From NCBI GenBank assembly GCA_913063225.1, contig CAJXYP010000002.1:21756-85755 (forward strand): 64,000 nucleotides of DNA, written 5' to 3'. Both the position numbers and the translations under genes were made by a program. Under the pieces are notes generated by a model that was given only the letters and a program-made list of their open reading frames with translations, did no database searches and was not told the origin of the DNA. Of the stretch, positions 10,947 to 23,122 are shown one piece after another (the stretch's first letter is position 1; each line of letters begins with the position of its first letter). Source of the DNA: an uncultured Cellvibrionales bacterium. GTDB taxonomy: Bacteria > Pseudomonadota > Gammaproteobacteria > Pseudomonadales > GM7GCV1.

Positions 10947-12409
10947 TGCAAACCCCGCTCGGCCAATGTTTTCGCGATCTGGTTTACGTTACCTGCGCCT
11001 TGTGTCAGCAGAAAGTCGCCAGGTTGAATCAGATCCTTTACCAAATCGGGAATATCTTCAATCCGGTCGACAAAAATGGGGTCTACTAAGCCTCTTTGGC
11101 GCACAGAACGGCATAGGTGACGGCTATCTGCAGCAACTATGGGCTCTTCACCAGCGGCATATACCTCAGTCACGACTAAGACGTCGACCATAGAAAGAAC
11201 TTGAACAAAGTCTTCGTAAAGATCACGGGTACGGCTGTACCTATGAGGCTGAAAAATCATAAACAAGCGACGATCAGGGTATCCATCACGGACTGCCTGA
11301 ATAGTTGCAGAAATCTCTGTCGGGTGGTGCCCATAGTCATCTACAAGCATCGCGCTATTTTCATTCTTGCCTTCGTCGCCGTTCTCTTTGGCTAAACCAG
11401 TGTTATTGCCAAGAGCAAAATTTCCCAAGCGCTCGAATCGGCGACCGACGCCCTGGAAAGATTCCAATCCAGCGACTATAGCTCGATCCGACGCCTTTTC
11501 ATCTGTTGCGACTGCGATTGCAGCTGTTGCGTTCAACGCATTGTGGCGACCTGGAATGCTCAATATGGCCTCTATAGGCGGCAAGCCTTCAGGGCGTAGA
11601 ACTCTAATTCTGGTTTTCTCCGCATTTTGGTCAATGCTTTCGATACGGAAATCAGCGTCCTCAGAAAACCCATAGGTCAAAATCGAACGATTAATCTGAG
11701 GTAGTAACTCTCGAACCTTTTCATCATCTATGCACAGCACAGCCAATCCGTAGAAAGGTAGATTGTGCAAAAACTCAACAAAGGTTTGCTGCAGTACACC
11801 GAAGTCACCGCCATAGGTATCCATATGATCCGCATCGATGTTAGTGACAATGGAAGTCATAGGCTGCAGGTGCAGGAAGGACGCGTCACTTTCATCTGCT
11901 TCGGCTACTAAATAGCGACTCAATCCTAGCTGAGCGTTAGTTTCACTCTGCTTTACCAGTCCTCCAACAACAAAGGTGGGATCTTTACCGTCCTCACCCA
12001 ATATAGTTGCCAAAAGACTAGTTGTAGTAGTTTTCCCGTGCGTACCGGCAACGGCGATACCGTGCCGAAACCGCATAAGCTCAGCGAGCATTTCTGCCCT
12101 GCGTACTATGGGTATACGAGCCTCTACAGCCGCGTTAATTTCTGGGTTTGTTTTAGGAATGGCGCCTGAGACCACAACGACATCTACACCGGCGACATTC
12201 TCCGCCAGATGACCAATCTCGACCTGCAATCCCATTTTTCGAAGTCGATCCAGCGTACTGGACTCCTGTACATCTGAACCGGAAACTTTATAGCCCTGAT
12301 TAAAAAGCACTTCTGCAATACCGCACATACCGGTACCACCGACTCCCACAAAATGAATTCGGCTTATACGTCGCATCTCGGGCACTGAGTTAGGCAATTC
12401 AACGGCCAT
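10943..12409 (-). CDS. murC: UDP-N-acetylmuramate--L-alanine ligase MurC
   Basis: [18 protein letters not shown] and the Mur ligase P-loop [11 protein letters not shown]; expected dcw position. Confidence 0.95.
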   Translation of the reverse strand: MAVELPNSVPEMRRISRIHFVGVGGTGMCGIAEVLFNQGYKVSGSDVQESSTLDRLRKMGLQVEIGHLAENVAGVDVVVVSGAIPKTNPEINAAVEARIPIVRRAEMLAELMRFRHGIAVAGTHGKTTTTSLLATILGEDGKDPTFVVGGLVKQSETNAQLGLSRYLVAEADESDASFLHLQPMTSIVTNIDADHMDTYGGDFGVLQQTFVEFLHNLPFYGLAVLCIDDEKVRELLPQINRSILTYGFSEDADFRIESIDQNAEKTRIRVLRPEGLPPIEAILSIPGRHNALNATAAIAVATDEKASDRAIVAGLESFQGVGRRFERLGNFALGNNTGLAKENGDEGKNENSAMLVDDYGHHPTEISATIQAVRDGYPDRRLFMIFQPHRYSRTRDLYEDFVQVLSMVDVLVVTEVYAAGEEPIVAADSRHLCRSVRQRGLVDPIFVDRIEDIPDLVKDLIQPGDFLLTQGAGNVNQIAKTLAERGLQ

Positions 12410-13481
12410 TGATCAGCTCCTTACATATGTCGACTATATGATCAGTGGCATCCGGCAGTGCTGCGCTAGCGGATGCAAAGGCCATTTCCTGCAACTTTTC
12501 CGGACGGAGCAAATGGGTGAGTTTTTCCACGAGAGACGATTCATCCATCTCCGATTCTTGCATAAGCTCAGCGCCCCCGACCGCTAGCAGCCACTCGGCA
12601 TTTTCTGTTTGATGGTCATCTATAGCGTAGGGAAAGGGAATAAATAAGGCTGGGCACCCCATTGCTGCGACTTCAGAGACTGTCATGGCACCAGACCTAC
12701 AAACAACCAGATCTGACCATGCATAAGCTTCTGACATCTTATCGATAAAGGCTAAAACTTCGACTTCTACTCCCGACGATTGGTACTGGGCATTGGTTTC
12801 TTCCAGCCACCGAGGTCCACACTGATGGCGTACTCGAATAGCATTTGATTTACCTATTTCGCAAAGCGTCGATGGAATAATTTGGTTTAGTGATCGCGCA
12901 CCCTGACTCCCACCCAAAACCAATATATTTAAGGTTCCATCTAGATCCGCGCTGCTGCTAGCGGACAAACTTTTATCAATCTCTCGAATATCGTTCCTTA
13001 TAGGGTTACCAACATAAGTACCCTTCTCGAATACATTTGGAAAACCGGTCATAACTCGATTCGCCCAGCGAGCCAATATTTTGTTGGTAGTGCCTGCACG
13101 GGCATTTTGCTCATGTATCGCCAACACATCTCCGCGCAATCGTGCAGCTAAGCCAACCGGACCGGCGACAAATCCGCCGAAACCCAAAACAAGCTGGGGC
13201 TGTAACCGAGCGAGAATCCGCAAAGAAGAAACAAGCGCATGTGTCAGCTGGAATGGCGCCAATAGCAGTGATTTAATTCCTTTACCTCGGAGCCCGCTAA
13301 CGGGAATTAAACTTAGGTCGTAGCCGGCCTCGGGAACCACACGGTTTTCTATACCTTTCCCCGTGCCAATCCACGAAACTGCGCAGCCAAGCTCACTGAG
13401 GCGATCAGCTACAGCCAGTGCAGGAAACACATGACCGCCGGTACCACCAGCCATAATAGTGACTCTAGCGCCCTGCATCAT
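12399..13481 (-). CDS. murG: Undecaprenyldiphospho-muramoylpentapeptide beta-N-acetylglucosaminyltransferase MurG
   Basis: [17 protein letters not shown]-terminal motif and a GT28 fold; expected dcw position. Confidence 0.95.
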   Translation of the reverse strand: MMQGARVTIMAGGTGGHVFPALAVADRLSELGCAVSWIGTGKGIENRVVPEAGYDLSLIPVSGLRGKGIKSLLLAPFQLTHALVSSLRILARLQPQLVLGFGGFVAGPVGLAARLRGDVLAIHEQNARAGTTNKILARWANRVMTGFPNVFEKGTYVGNPIRNDIREIDKSLSASSSADLDGTLNILVLGGSQGARSLNQIIPSTLCEIGKSNAIRVRHQCGPRWLEETNAQYQSSGVEVEVLAFIDKMSEAYAWSDLVVCRSGAMTVSEVAAMGCPALFIPFPYAIDDHQTENAEWLLAVGGAELMQESEMDESSLVEKLTHLLRPEKLQEMAFASASAALPDATDHIVDICKELINGR

Positions 13482-14800
13482 GCTCCCACCTCGCGCAAGT
13501 TCTTGTTGCGGGATTTTTTGCCTGAGCTTTTTGCAAAAATACTGAAACCCAAAGCTGCGCCGCTCTTGTTTACTGTCTTTTTTTCAGCCCGCTTGAGAGC
13601 CTTACTAGCAGTAGGTCGCTGCGCCTTAGTTTGAATCTCCTGGGATACACGTAAACAGATAGCAGTCATGGCCATACAAACCAACAAACTACTGCCACCC
13701 GCGCTGATAAATGGCAGCGTAAGCCCTTTTGTAGGAAACAGACCACAGGCAACACCGATGTTGATCAAGCTTTGCAGCGCAAACATGGTTGCAGTGCCTA
13801 TTGCGATAAACCCGCCAAAAGCCAAACCTGCATTTACTGCTCGTACACCCAGCTGAAACATGCGTCCGATTAGGACCGATAGCAGAGCTATGGTCACAAG
13901 CGATCCCAATAGGCCTAATTCTTCTGCAAGCACTGCAAATACAAAATCTGTATGCGCTTCCGGCAAGTAGAGTAGTTTTTGCAATGAATTACCGAGGCCA
14001 ACGCCGAACCATTCACCTCGGCCAAAGGCAATTAGAGACTGGGTCAACTGGTACCCCGAATCAAATTGATCAGCCCAGGGGTCTAAATAACTCGTGATGC
14101 GCTCCATTCGATACTCTGAACTCAATACGAAATAGCTCAGCGCACCCAAACCAAGTAATGCAACTGATATGAATTTGAGGAAGTGCATGCCTGCTAGAAA
14201 AACTAGCACAACCGTTATGCCAGCCATCACAACCACGGATCCAAAATCCGGCTGTAGTAACAACAGAGCCATGAAGAGCACTAAAAGACCAAAAGGCTTT
14301 GATACTCCGTACCAGCTTGCTCGCAGCGTATCGCCCTGCCGCACAAGGTAAGCAGACAAAAAGATAATTAGCGCGGCTTTTGCTAGTTCAGCCACCTGAA
14401 TAGTTGCACCGCCAGCACCAAGCCAACGCCTAGCACCATTGCGCTCGATACCCACTCCCGGAATCAAAACAATAACCAACAAAAAGTAGGCCACGAGCAG
14501 CACAAACGGGGCAACCTGATACCAAAAAGCCAAAGGTAAACGAATCAACAATGCTGATGTAATGCCTCCCATAAATAGGAAGACTAGGTGTTTTTTGATA
14601 TAAAAAGCAGGATCACCTTCGGTGGCCGCGGCATAGCTGATAGAGGCGCTTGCGACCATTACTACCCCTAAAAGCAGTAATGCAATCCAGCTCCAAAATA
14701 AGAGTGAATCGAACTGAAACACAGCCGGTTTCACTTCCGTTTTATCGGATGTATTTGCTTGACGCGAAGCCATTTTCGCAGCTGCCAGAGCGGTGCTCAT
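13478..14800 (-). CDS. ftsW: SEDS peptidoglycan glycosyltransferase FtsW
   Basis: Polytopic SEDS protein (LPEAHTDFVFA, PFISAGGSS motifs) between murD and murG. It carries a lysine-rich C-terminal tail. Confidence 0.93.
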   Translation of the reverse strand: MSTALAAAKMASRQANTSDKTEVKPAVFQFDSLLFWSWIALLLLGVVMVASASISYAAATEGDPAFYIKKHLVFLFMGGITSALLIRLPLAFWYQVAPFVLLVAYFLLVIVLIPGVGIERNGARRWLGAGGATIQVAELAKAALIIFLSAYLVRQGDTLRASWYGVSKPFGLLVLFMALLLLQPDFGSVVVMAGITVVLVFLAGMHFLKFISVALLGLGALSYFVLSSEYRMERITSYLDPWADQFDSGYQLTQSLIAFGRGEWFGVGLGNSLQKLLYLPEAHTDFVFAVLAEELGLLGSLVTIALLSVLIGRMFQLGVRAVNAGLAFGGFIAIGTATMFALQSLINIGVACGLFPTKGLTLPFISAGGSSLLVCMAMTAICLRVSQEIQTKAQRPTASKALKRAEKKTVNKSGAALGFSIFAKSSGKKSRNKNLREVGA

Positions 14801-16143
14801 AACAGAGCCTCCACGGCGTCGCGAAATTGATCGCCTCGATCCTGATAGCCCGTAAATTGGTCAAAGCTGGCGCAGGCCGGAGAAAGTAATACGCAGTCTT
14901 GTGGCCCCGTGATTCGGGCTGCCATCGATACCGCCGCCTGCATATTTTCAGCATAGGAAATTTGAGTCTTGCCTTTACCTTTAACTGCATCCGCTATTTG
15001 CTCGGCGCTCTCTCCCAGTAAAATTACTTGATCGATTTCATGGGAGACTAAATCACTAAACTTACCGAATTCTTGGCCCTTAGCTTGCCCACCGGCAATC
15101 AGAATAAATTTACCTTCAACGTCAGCAGCCAGACCTTGTATAGCGGCTATGGCAGCGCCAGTATTGGTTGCTTTGGAGTCATTAATCCACTCAGTACCGG
15201 ACTCAGTCCTCACAACCTCACAACGGTGCGGTAACCCGGCAAAAGCGCAAACAACATCAATCGAAATTTGCCGATCAAGTTCTAGTAATTCTGCCATAAC
15301 CATTACAGCCAAGGCATTACTCAAGTTGTGACTTCCTTTCAGGAGAATATCTTCCACAGGGAAAAGACACTGCAACCCAAAGGCTACATAGGTAACTCCG
15401 TCCTTCTTGCGCAATCCGTAGTGTCCTAGATCAGGTTGATCGAGGCCAAAAGTCATATAGCGCTGCACATCCGTCGGCATAGGCTGCGTCAGTAAATCGT
15501 CACGATTACTTACAATCATCGATGCACCCAGATAAACGCGTTGCTTGGCTGCGTGGTATGCCACTAAATCTGGATATCGATCCATATGATCCGGCGAAAC
15601 ATTAAGGATCACTGCAACACTAGGCTGCAAGTTTGAAGTTGTTTCAAGTTGAAAGCTGCTTAACTCAAGAACAAAAAGATCGTAATCTAGGCCGACCTGG
15701 TCAAGTACAGGCTTACCAATATTTCCAGCTGCAATAGCGTTGCGGCCACATGCCTTGGCTACTGCAGCCAATAAAGTAGTAACGCTGCTTTTGCCATTGG
15801 AACCGGTAATTGCAGCAACGGGAACCTCAACATTACGCGCAAACAGTTCAATATCGCCTATTATTCGGGTACCAACTTCCTGCGCTCTAGCAACATAGGC
15901 TTCACTTTTTGCAATGCCCGGGCTTAGAATTATCTCGTCGTAACCACATAATTGATCTGGGCCGATTTCCCCAAAACTCAACGAAGATTCAATTTTTTCT
16001 GCCTCAGGAAGACCGATTTCAGTAAGGGATTCTCGTGTATCAAACCAATCGAAAGGCATATTGCGAGCAGCCAAGAAGCGGGCAACCGAACGGCCGGTTA
16101 CCCCAGCCCCTATTACCGCTCTTCGATTAGATGTCGCAATCAT
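14797..16143 (-). CDS. murD: UDP-N-acetylmuramoylalanine--D-glutamate ligase MurD
   Basis: Mur ligase P-loop ITGSNGKSS. I prefer the ATG at 16143; the ORF track starts at a GTG at 16152. Confidence 0.93.
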   Translation of the reverse strand: MIATSNRRAVIGAGVTGRSVARFLAARNMPFDWFDTRESLTEIGLPEAEKIESSLSFGEIGPDQLCGYDEIILSPGIAKSEAYVARAQEVGTRIIGDIELFARNVEVPVAAITGSNGKSSVTTLLAAVAKACGRNAIAAGNIGKPVLDQVGLDYDLFVLELSSFQLETTSNLQPSVAVILNVSPDHMDRYPDLVAYHAAKQRVYLGASMIVSNRDDLLTQPMPTDVQRYMTFGLDQPDLGHYGLRKKDGVTYVAFGLQCLFPVEDILLKGSHNLSNALAVMVMAELLELDRQISIDVVCAFAGLPHRCEVVRTESGTEWINDSKATNTGAAIAAIQGLAADVEGKFILIAGGQAKGQEFGKFSDLVSHEIDQVILLGESAEQIADAVKGKGKTQISYAENMQAAVSMAARITGPQDCVLLSPACASFDQFTGYQDRGDQFRDAVEALL

Positions 16144-16162
16144 TCCGCTCACTAAATATGGC

Positions 16163-17245
16163 CTATCTTAATTTCAGGGTCGCAAGACCAAATAAAACCA
16201 ACATGACTGTGATAATCCAAAAACGGACAATCACCCGTGGCTCCGGCCAACCTTTAAGCTCAAAATGATGGTGCAGCGGTGCCATTCGAAATACTCGTTT
16301 TCCGGTTAACTTGAAAGAGGCGACCTGAACAATTACCGATACCGTCTCCATCACAAACACGCCAGCCATCACAAAAAACACTATTTCGTGACGGACAATC
16401 ACTGCGATTACGCCTAGGGCAGCACCAAGAGACAATGCGCCTACATCACCCATAAAGACCTGGGCCGGATAGGTGTTAAACCATAAAAAACCCATGCCAG
16501 CACCGCAAAGGGCCGCACAAAAAACCACCAACTCGCCAGCCTCGGGTAAAAAAGGTATGTGTAAATACTCTGCATATACAGCATGCCCCGTCAGGTAGGC
16601 AATAACCCCCAGGGCACCGCCGATCATCACGCAAGGCAAGATCGCAAGGCCATCTAAACCATCAGTCAAATTCACCGCATTGCTGGAACCCACGATTACG
16701 AAATAGGAAAGCACGATGTAACCAAAACCCAAGTCAATCGCAACATCTTTAAAGAATGGAATAAATAATTGAGTTTCCGCCGGTATTTCAACCTGACTAT
16801 ACAAATAGGATGCTGCTATCAAGCCGGCAACGGATTGCCACAGGTATTTCCAACGCGCGGGTAACCCTTTCGGGTTGCGATAAATAACTTTGCGGTAGTC
16901 GTCAACAAAACCAATCGCACCAAAACTTGCAGTAACAAAAAGCACGACCCATACATAACGGTTATCTAGGTCTGCCCATAACAGAGTACTTACAAAAACT
17001 GAGAGCAAAATCAGTGTACCGCCCATGGTCGGCGTACCTGTCTTGCTCAAATGGGATTGTGGACCGTCATCTCTAACAGACTGACCGATCTGTAAATAAT
17101 TAAGCTTGCGAATCATAGGTGCACCAAAAACCATTGAGATGGTCACCGCGGTCAATACGCCCAAAATGGCTCGAAAACTCAAATAGTTAAATACATTAAA
17201 CATTGAGTAGTACTCGGTTAAGTACTCAGTTAGCCAATACAGCAT
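16163..17245 (-). CDS. mraY: Phospho-N-acetylmuramoyl-pentapeptide transferase MraY
   Basis: MLYWLTEYL start, [13 protein letters not shown] motif, and 360 aa with multiple hydrophobic segments typical of MraY. Confidence 0.96.
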   Translation of the reverse strand: MLYWLTEYLTEYYSMFNVFNYLSFRAILGVLTAVTISMVFGAPMIRKLNYLQIGQSVRDDGPQSHLSKTGTPTMGGTLILLSVFVSTLLWADLDNRYVWVVLFVTASFGAIGFVDDYRKVIYRNPKGLPARWKYLWQSVAGLIAASYLYSQVEIPAETQLFIPFFKDVAIDLGFGYIVLSYFVIVGSSNAVNLTDGLDGLAILPCVMIGGALGVIAYLTGHAVYAEYLHIPFLPEAGELVVFCAALCGAGMGFLWFNTYPAQVFMGDVGALSLGAALGVIAVIVRHEIVFFVMAGVFVMETVSVIVQVASFKLTGKRVFRMAPLHHHFELKGWPEPRVIVRFWIITVMLVLFGLATLKLR

Positions 17246-18617
17246 GCTGCCCCTCCAGATTGGTTATCACAGTTACTACCTCATCCAGACGCGCACTGCG
17301 TGATCCCTTAACTAACACGGTCGTATGCGGACCGAGTAGTTCAAGGCATTGCTGCGCGGCTTCCTCATTAGTTTCAACCCAAATCGCTTGACTGCCATAT
17401 GCCTCTGCAGCAGGTTTGGTCGCGCCGCCCACACAAACTAGACAGTCGATTCCCGCAGTTCGGGATCTCTCGCCCATCTGTCGATGATAGTCAGCCGCGT
17501 CTTCTCCCAATTCAGCCATTGCTCCCATAACAAATACTCGGGTGCCGTCAAAATTCGCCAATACATCTATAGCACCGGCCATAGAGTCTGGGTTTGCGTT
17601 ATATGCGTCGTCTAGGACTCGTGCTTCTTGAATACCCCGCCGACAAAATAATCTTCCTGAAACCTGCCCCACTTGACCTAACCCTTGGCGAATTTCATCT
17701 AAACGAATACCTACTGCCAAGGCACAGGTAGCGGCGGCAGCACCGTTGCTAACGTTATTGAGTCCCAAAACTGATTGGTGAATTTCAACGTCGCCCAATG
17801 GAGTATGTAAAAAATAATCCGCGCCCTGATCGTGCACTCGAATATTCGATACTTTGACATCAGCTTGTGTGTTTCCTGTGGCAGAAAATGTCAGAATCTG
17901 GGCTGAATTCTGATCCGCAACTTGCGTTAAAAATCGTTCGGCACCGTAGGAGTCTAGATTCACTACTGCTCGGCCAGCGTCCCTCAAGGACCTATAAATC
18001 TCTCCCTTGCCGCGAACAATTGCATCTCGATTTCCAAACCCTTCGAGATGCGCATTGCCAACATTGTTTACTAGAGCGACATCTGGCCGTACTAAATCAG
18101 ATAGATACGCAATTTCACCTTCGGCACTGGCACCCATTTCGAGCACCGCAAAGGCATGCTTATTAGCCAACTCGGCGAGCATCAACGGAACACCCAAGTG
18201 ATTGTTGTAGTTTCCTTTGGTAGTTAGAACTTCGCCTCTTTGGCGCAATATCGATCCAAGCATTTCTTTGACCGATGTTTTGCCATTACTACCAGTAATG
18301 CCAATCACAGGTGCCCTAAAAGACTGTCGGCATGACCTCCCTATGTGGCCCAGCGCTTTAACGCAATCTTCGACAACCCATTGTGGGGTATCTAAACTGC
18401 CATCAGGATGCTCTAGGATCAGGGACCCAACTCCCATCGCTGAGGCCTCCAAGGCAAACTCGTGACCATCAAAATTTGGGCCTTTAATAGCGATAAAGGC
18501 CTGACCCGGCAGGATATCCCGACTATCAATGGATAGAGAGCCAAAATCAGCGTCGCCGTTAAGAATGGTGCCGCCGTACTGATTCGCCAAAGTGGCTAGT
18601 GATAAATTACCAATCAT
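17226..18617 (-). CDS. murF: UDP-N-acetylmuramoyl-tripeptide--D-alanyl-D-alanine ligase MurF
   Basis: [14 protein letters not shown]-loop and the expected dcw position. Confidence 0.92.
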   Translation of the reverse strand: MIGNLSLATLANQYGGTILNGDADFGSLSIDSRDILPGQAFIAIKGPNFDGHEFALEASAMGVGSLILEHPDGSLDTPQWVVEDCVKALGHIGRSCRQSFRAPVIGITGSNGKTSVKEMLGSILRQRGEVLTTKGNYNNHLGVPLMLAELANKHAFAVLEMGASAEGEIAYLSDLVRPDVALVNNVGNAHLEGFGNRDAIVRGKGEIYRSLRDAGRAVVNLDSYGAERFLTQVADQNSAQILTFSATGNTQADVKVSNIRVHDQGADYFLHTPLGDVEIHQSVLGLNNVSNGAAAATCALAVGIRLDEIRQGLGQVGQVSGRLFCRRGIQEARVLDDAYNANPDSMAGAIDVLANFDGTRVFVMGAMAELGEDAADYHRQMGERSRTAGIDCLVCVGGATKPAAEAYGSQAIWVETNEEAAQQCLELLGPHTTVLVKGSRSARLDEVVTVITNLEGQHAVLAN

Positions 18618-20182
18618 CGCTCTCCCCCGCTCTTGGGGCTTTGTGTCAGCAGAGCAATAACATCACCAACAACCTTTACGTCGCTGAAAGGAATCTGCTG
18701 GTCCCCGATTATCTGTATAGATTCGTGGCCCTTACCAAGAATAGCGATGCAAGCATCTTTGGGACTTTGGGTAATAGCGAATTGAATAGCTTCTCGCCTA
18801 TCAGCGATGCACTCGACACGACTCAAATCATCCACACCTAGCAGCATATCCCGCTCGATCTGAGAAGGGCTCTCGGACCTAGGATTGTCTGATGTAATCA
18901 CAAGCCGGTCAGCCTGAGAAAGAGCCGCTCTAGCCATTTCAGGTCTTTTGCCTGCATCTCGATTTCCACCACAACCTAAAACAGCTATCAGCTGGCTCGG
19001 CTTTGAAGCTCTTAACCCAGCCAACACTCGACCAACAGCGTCAGGTGTATGCGCATAGTCCACATAAATCCTCGACCCGTCGTAAATTGCCGTCATTTGA
19101 AGACGGCCTGGGACAGACTTAATGTCAGTCACCTTCTCTACCGCAGATTGCAGAGGCAGACCCACAGCACTTGTAGCGGCAAGAGCCGCCAACAAATTGC
19201 TTAGTTCAAACTCGGCGGTCATCTGTGGAAGATGCAACTGCGCCTGCCGACCCTCTAATTCAAGAGTCGCCTGCTTCCCTATATTAAGAGTCGCTCTAAA
19301 TCCATCCCGGTAATTGACACCTGATAAATATATATCAGCCTGCTCATCTCCCTGAGCTGAAAACTTAATCACCTGCATTTTAGCGCTCAACTCGTGGGCG
19401 AGCTCTCGACCCTTTTCGTCATCAACATTCAGCACTGCGCAGCGAATTCCGGGTAGATCGAAGAGCCTTTTTTTGGCCCGCCAATACTCACTTTCGGTAC
19501 CGTGATAATCTAGGTGATCGCGACTAAAGTTGGTGAACAGCGCCACATCGAAGCAAAGGGCTTCAACCCGATACTGATCCATGCCATGAGAAGAAACCTC
19601 CATGGCAACTATCTCTGCACCTGCCTCTTTGCAAAGTGACACAGTTTCTTGAGCCCGGATCGCATCACGCGTCGTCATACCGTCCGCTTCTAGTAACTGG
19701 CTTCCATCGCAGCTGATACCCAGAGTTCCGATAGAAGCAGCCGGTACTTTATTAAGCGCAAACAATTGCTCAATCCAAGCGCAAACACTCGACTTACCGT
19801 TTGTCCCGGTCACCCCAATCAAAGGCATACCCTTGGACGGATGACCGTAATAATTTCCAGCGATCTGACTTAGACTGCGATCTAGATCTTCAACAAAAAC
19901 AGCGCTCGCCGAGCGGCTAACAGATGGGCCAAAAGAGGAGTTTGAAGAATACGTAGAATCCAAAACAACAAGGCTGGCATGTTTTGCCAATGCTTCTTCA
20001 ATATGAGCCTCTTGATCTGACTGCTCCGCAGTTAAGCAAACAAAGACATCTCCAGAGGAAATTCTTCTACTATCGGAAATCAACCCACAAAAACGCTCCA
20101 CTAAAGGAACGGAGAATAAGGTCTTAACCCCACCAAAAAGCTGCTCAGTTGCAGTCATACTATGCGTTGCTCCGCCCATCAT
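18614..20182 (-). CDS. murE: UDP-N-acetylmuramoyl-L-alanyl-D-glutamate--2,6-diaminopimelate ligase MurE
   Basis: VTGTNGKSS P-loop and a DNPR motif (TSDNPRSE), which is the hallmark of meso-DAP-adding MurE. The exact start is uncertain (ATGs at 20182, 20179 and 20158). Confidence 0.92.
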   Translation of the reverse strand: MMGGATHSMTATEQLFGGVKTLFSVPLVERFCGLISDSRRISSGDVFVCLTAEQSDQEAHIEEALAKHASLVVLDSTYSSNSSFGPSVSRSASAVFVEDLDRSLSQIAGNYYGHPSKGMPLIGVTGTNGKSSVCAWIEQLFALNKVPAASIGTLGISCDGSQLLEADGMTTRDAIRAQETVSLCKEAGAEIVAMEVSSHGMDQYRVEALCFDVALFTNFSRDHLDYHGTESEYWRAKKRLFDLPGIRCAVLNVDDEKGRELAHELSAKMQVIKFSAQGDEQADIYLSGVNYRDGFRATLNIGKQATLELEGRQAQLHLPQMTAEFELSNLLAALAATSAVGLPLQSAVEKVTDIKSVPGRLQMTAIYDGSRIYVDYAHTPDAVGRVLAGLRASKPSQLIAVLGCGGNRDAGKRPEMARAALSQADRLVITSDNPRSESPSQIERDMLLGVDDLSRVECIADRREAIQFAITQSPKDACIAILGKGHESIQIIGDQQIPFSDVKVVGDVIALLTQSPKSGGER

Positions 20183-21909
20183 CGGTCACTTCCCGGCAGA
20201 GCGGAAGCCGCAACAATATTATTTGCCCGCGCCGCACTTGGAGTAACACCTAAAATCCTAAGGGTCGCCTCGGTAGTCGCGGAGAAGACAGGCGCTGCAA
20301 CCGAACCTCCTCCATAATCATCTGTTTTGGAATCGTGGATAACTACAACAGTAACTATTTTGGGATCTTCCGCCGGAGCAAGTCCCGCAAATACCGCGTT
20401 ATATTTATACGCCTCGTAGCCCGACTCTCCCACTAAATGGGTGGTGCCTGTCTTTCCTGCGACATCATAGGATGGCGTCGCGGCGCGCGTGGCAGTACCG
20501 ATTTCAACGACGCCGCGCAGCATCTGCAAAACGTCATCGACTAGGCCCTCATCGGCGACACGCTCTGGCGGCAACGTCGACGCATCTTTATATAAGATTG
20601 GAGTAACGCGATAACCACCATTACCTAAAACCGCATAGGCTGACGCCAGTTGAATCGGCGATACCGCCAGACCATAACCATGGGCCAAGTTCGTCCGCTC
20701 AATAGGCTCCCACTCGTAACGCTGAGGTACAGACCCGGAGGCTTCTCCGGGGAAGCCGATGCCTGGGCTTTCGCCAAGCCCGATTCGTTGCAGCAACGTC
20801 GGCAAACTATCCGGGTCTAAATCAAGGGCAATTTTAGCGGTGCCAACTTGACTCGACTTGGCCAAAATCATAGACAGTGACAGCTCACCATAATTTACGG
20901 GATCGTATATAAGCTTGCCATTGGCATACATGCGGCCAGGCGATGTATCAACGATGGTTTCTGGGCGATACCGGCCAGACTCAAGCGCGGCAAGCAAGGT
21001 AAAGGATTTAATAGTCGAACCCGGCTCAAATAAATCGGTAAGCACTCTGTTGCGAACTGAGGCTGGCTGGATATCAGCTCGATTATTTGGGTTAAAGGCC
21101 GGCTGGTTAACCATAGCCAAAATCTCGCCGGTATTCACATCCATGGTTACCAGTGAGCCAGAGCTGGCGCCATGGGCAACTACCGCCGCTTTAAGCTCAC
21201 GATAGGCCACATACTGCAGCCTTGAATCTAGAGTAAGGGTTACATCGTTACCGGGGCTTGCTGGCTCTAAAACTTCTGCAGACTCAACCACTCTGCCCCG
21301 TCGGTCGCGCACTACCAGCTGGCTCCCAGAAGTGCCGCGCAATAAGGAGTCTAAGCTGAGCTCTACGCCCTCCTGCCCCTTCTCGTCAATGTTGGTGAAA
21401 CCGACAACCTGGGAAGAAACCTCGCCCGTCGGATAGTAACGACGGTATTCCTCCATTAGATACACGCCACGGCCGATATAAGGTTCGAGTCGTTCGCGCG
21501 AGCTCGGCAACATGCCACGTTTCAGGTAGACGAAACGCTGCCCTGGTTGCCCTTTAAGCCTTAATGCCAGAGTTTCCTGTGCGATATCCAGATAGCTCGC
21601 TAGGCCGGCAATTTCAGATTCAGTGAGTTCCATCAGAGCCGGATCTGCCCAGATTGCAACTCCCGGTGTGCTTACCGCTAACGGCCGCCCTTCGCGATCG
21701 AGAATCATGCCTCTAGGCGCCGGAATTTCTATCGTGCGATTAGTGCGCGCCTCTCCTTGAGCCTGCAGAAAAACAAATCCGCGTTCGTAGTTAGGCCAAA
21801 CTTGAAGCAAGGCGATACGCCCGCACACTGCCAATACTATTGCGAGCAAAACGATTCCCAGCAGCGCCATGCGCCAAGCCGGGATTTGGTAGAGCCCGCG
21901 CGCGCTCAT
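20179..21909 (-). CDS. ftsI: Peptidoglycan D,D-transpeptidase FtsI (PBP3)
   Basis: N-terminal TM anchor and the transpeptidase motifs STIK (PGSTIKSF), SSQ (SxN position) and KTGT (AGKTGTT). Confidence 0.93.
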   Translation of the reverse strand: MSARGLYQIPAWRMALLGIVLLAIVLAVCGRIALLQVWPNYERGFVFLQAQGEARTNRTIEIPAPRGMILDREGRPLAVSTPGVAIWADPALMELTESEIAGLASYLDIAQETLALRLKGQPGQRFVYLKRGMLPSSRERLEPYIGRGVYLMEEYRRYYPTGEVSSQVVGFTNIDEKGQEGVELSLDSLLRGTSGSQLVVRDRRGRVVESAEVLEPASPGNDVTLTLDSRLQYVAYRELKAAVVAHGASSGSLVTMDVNTGEILAMVNQPAFNPNNRADIQPASVRNRVLTDLFEPGSTIKSFTLLAALESGRYRPETIVDTSPGRMYANGKLIYDPVNYGELSLSMILAKSSQVGTAKIALDLDPDSLPTLLQRIGLGESPGIGFPGEASGSVPQRYEWEPIERTNLAHGYGLAVSPIQLASAYAVLGNGGYRVTPILYKDASTLPPERVADEGLVDDVLQMLRGVVEIGTATRAATPSYDVAGKTGTTHLVGESGYEAYKYNAVFAGLAPAEDPKIVTVVVIHDSKTDDYGGGSVAAPVFSATTEATLRILGVTPSAARANNIVAASALPGSDR

Positions 21910-22172
21910 TGAATGACCACTATTAGATCTGACGAATTGGGCGCGCGCATTCCAGCCGAGCGCGTAGCCTCTGATTCAATTCTAGGCAATGCCCCCAGAG
22001 CACTTTCTTCTAAAAGTAGCTGCCCCCATCGAGTTTTCAGGTCTTGCTCAGCGAGCCTTAACTGCATCAACTCATTAGCCGTCACACGGCATTCGTAGCC
22101 AACCCATACACAGGCCAAAGCAGATAGACAAACTACCGAGAACAATCCCGATTTGATTAGCACTTCACTCAT
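21906..22172 (-). CDS. ftsL: Cell division protein FtsL
   Basis: 88-aa bitopic protein with a leucine-rich coiled coil, located between rsmH and ftsI. The call rests on position and architecture. Confidence 0.75.
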   Translation of the reverse strand: MSEVLIKSGLFSVVCLSALACVWVGYECRVTANELMQLRLAEQDLKTRWGQLLLEESALGALPRIESEATRSAGMRAPNSSDLIVVIQ

Positions 22173-23116
22173 GCTGCACGCTCGGCAATACGCATAATCG
22201 CGCTTCTACTTCGAGGGTTTACATCGATTTCGGATCTACTTGCCTTGATGGCTCCGCTTAGGGCCCGCATTTTCATTTGCGGCACTACTTCATTTTGCAC
22301 GGGGATATCCCGGTGAACCTGAGGCGGAGTTGATTGATCTCTAATAAAACGCTTAACCAGTCGATCTTCTAAGGAGTGAAAGCTAATAACGACGAGCCGA
22401 CCTCCAGGTGCCAATAGGTCAACAGAGTCGGCCAGCAAAGCTTTTAATTCGCCGAGCTCGTCATTGATAAAGATCCTAATGGCTTGAAAAGAGCGAGTTG
22501 CAGAATCTTTTCGGGGGTCAAAACCCGGAATTGCAGAGCGCACAATCTCCGCTAGTCGAGCCGTTGTCTCAATAGGAGCTTCATCTCGCTCCCTTAAGAT
22601 GGCGCGCGCAATCCTGCGGGAAAACCGTTCCTCTCCATAATTCCAAAGCACATCTGCTATTTCGTCTGCTTCAGCTCTATTCACCCAATCTGCTGCGCTC
22701 TCACCTGCATGTTGCGACATGCGCATATCCAGAGGTCCAGAACGCTGAAAACTAAACCCTCTATCTGCCTCATCAAGCTGAGGAGAAGAAACCCCTAGGT
22801 CTAATAGAATTCCTGCGAGCTTCCCTTGCCAGCTTCGCTCCAAGACCAGTGTCTTTAAGTTGGAGAAGTTGGATAACTGAATATCGATTCGAGGTTCCAC
22901 CTTAAACTGCTCCAAGCCAAAAGATACCGCGTCCTGATCTCTGTCCAGAGCCAAGAGCCGCCCCTCGCTATCTAGCTGGGAAAGGATTTCAGTGGAATGC
23001 CCGCCACGGCCAAAGGTTCCATCAATATAGATACCGCTGGGCGTATGGACTAAAGCTTGCACGGCCTCGTCGAGCAGAACGCTTTGATGAGGGCTGCTTG
23101 TTTGGTTGAGGCTCAT
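22169..23116 (-). CDS. rsmH: 16S rRNA (cytosine1402-N4)-methyltransferase RsmH (MraW)
   Basis: HQSVLLDEAV...YIDGTFGRGGHS and LLDLGVSSPQLD motifs. I prefer the ATG at 23116; the track start at 23122 is a GTG. Confidence 0.93.
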   Translation of the reverse strand: MSLNQTSSPHQSVLLDEAVQALVHTPSGIYIDGTFGRGGHSTEILSQLDSEGRLLALDRDQDAVSFGLEQFKVEPRIDIQLSNFSNLKTLVLERSWQGKLAGILLDLGVSSPQLDEADRGFSFQRSGPLDMRMSQHAGESAADWVNRAEADEIADVLWNYGEERFSRRIARAILRERDEAPIETTARLAEIVRSAIPGFDPRKDSATRSFQAIRIFINDELGELKALLADSVDLLAPGGRLVVISFHSLEDRLVKRFIRDQSTPPQVHRDIPVQNEVVPQMKMRALSGAIKASRSEIDVNPRSRSAIMRIAERAA

Positions 23117-23122
23117 AGGCAC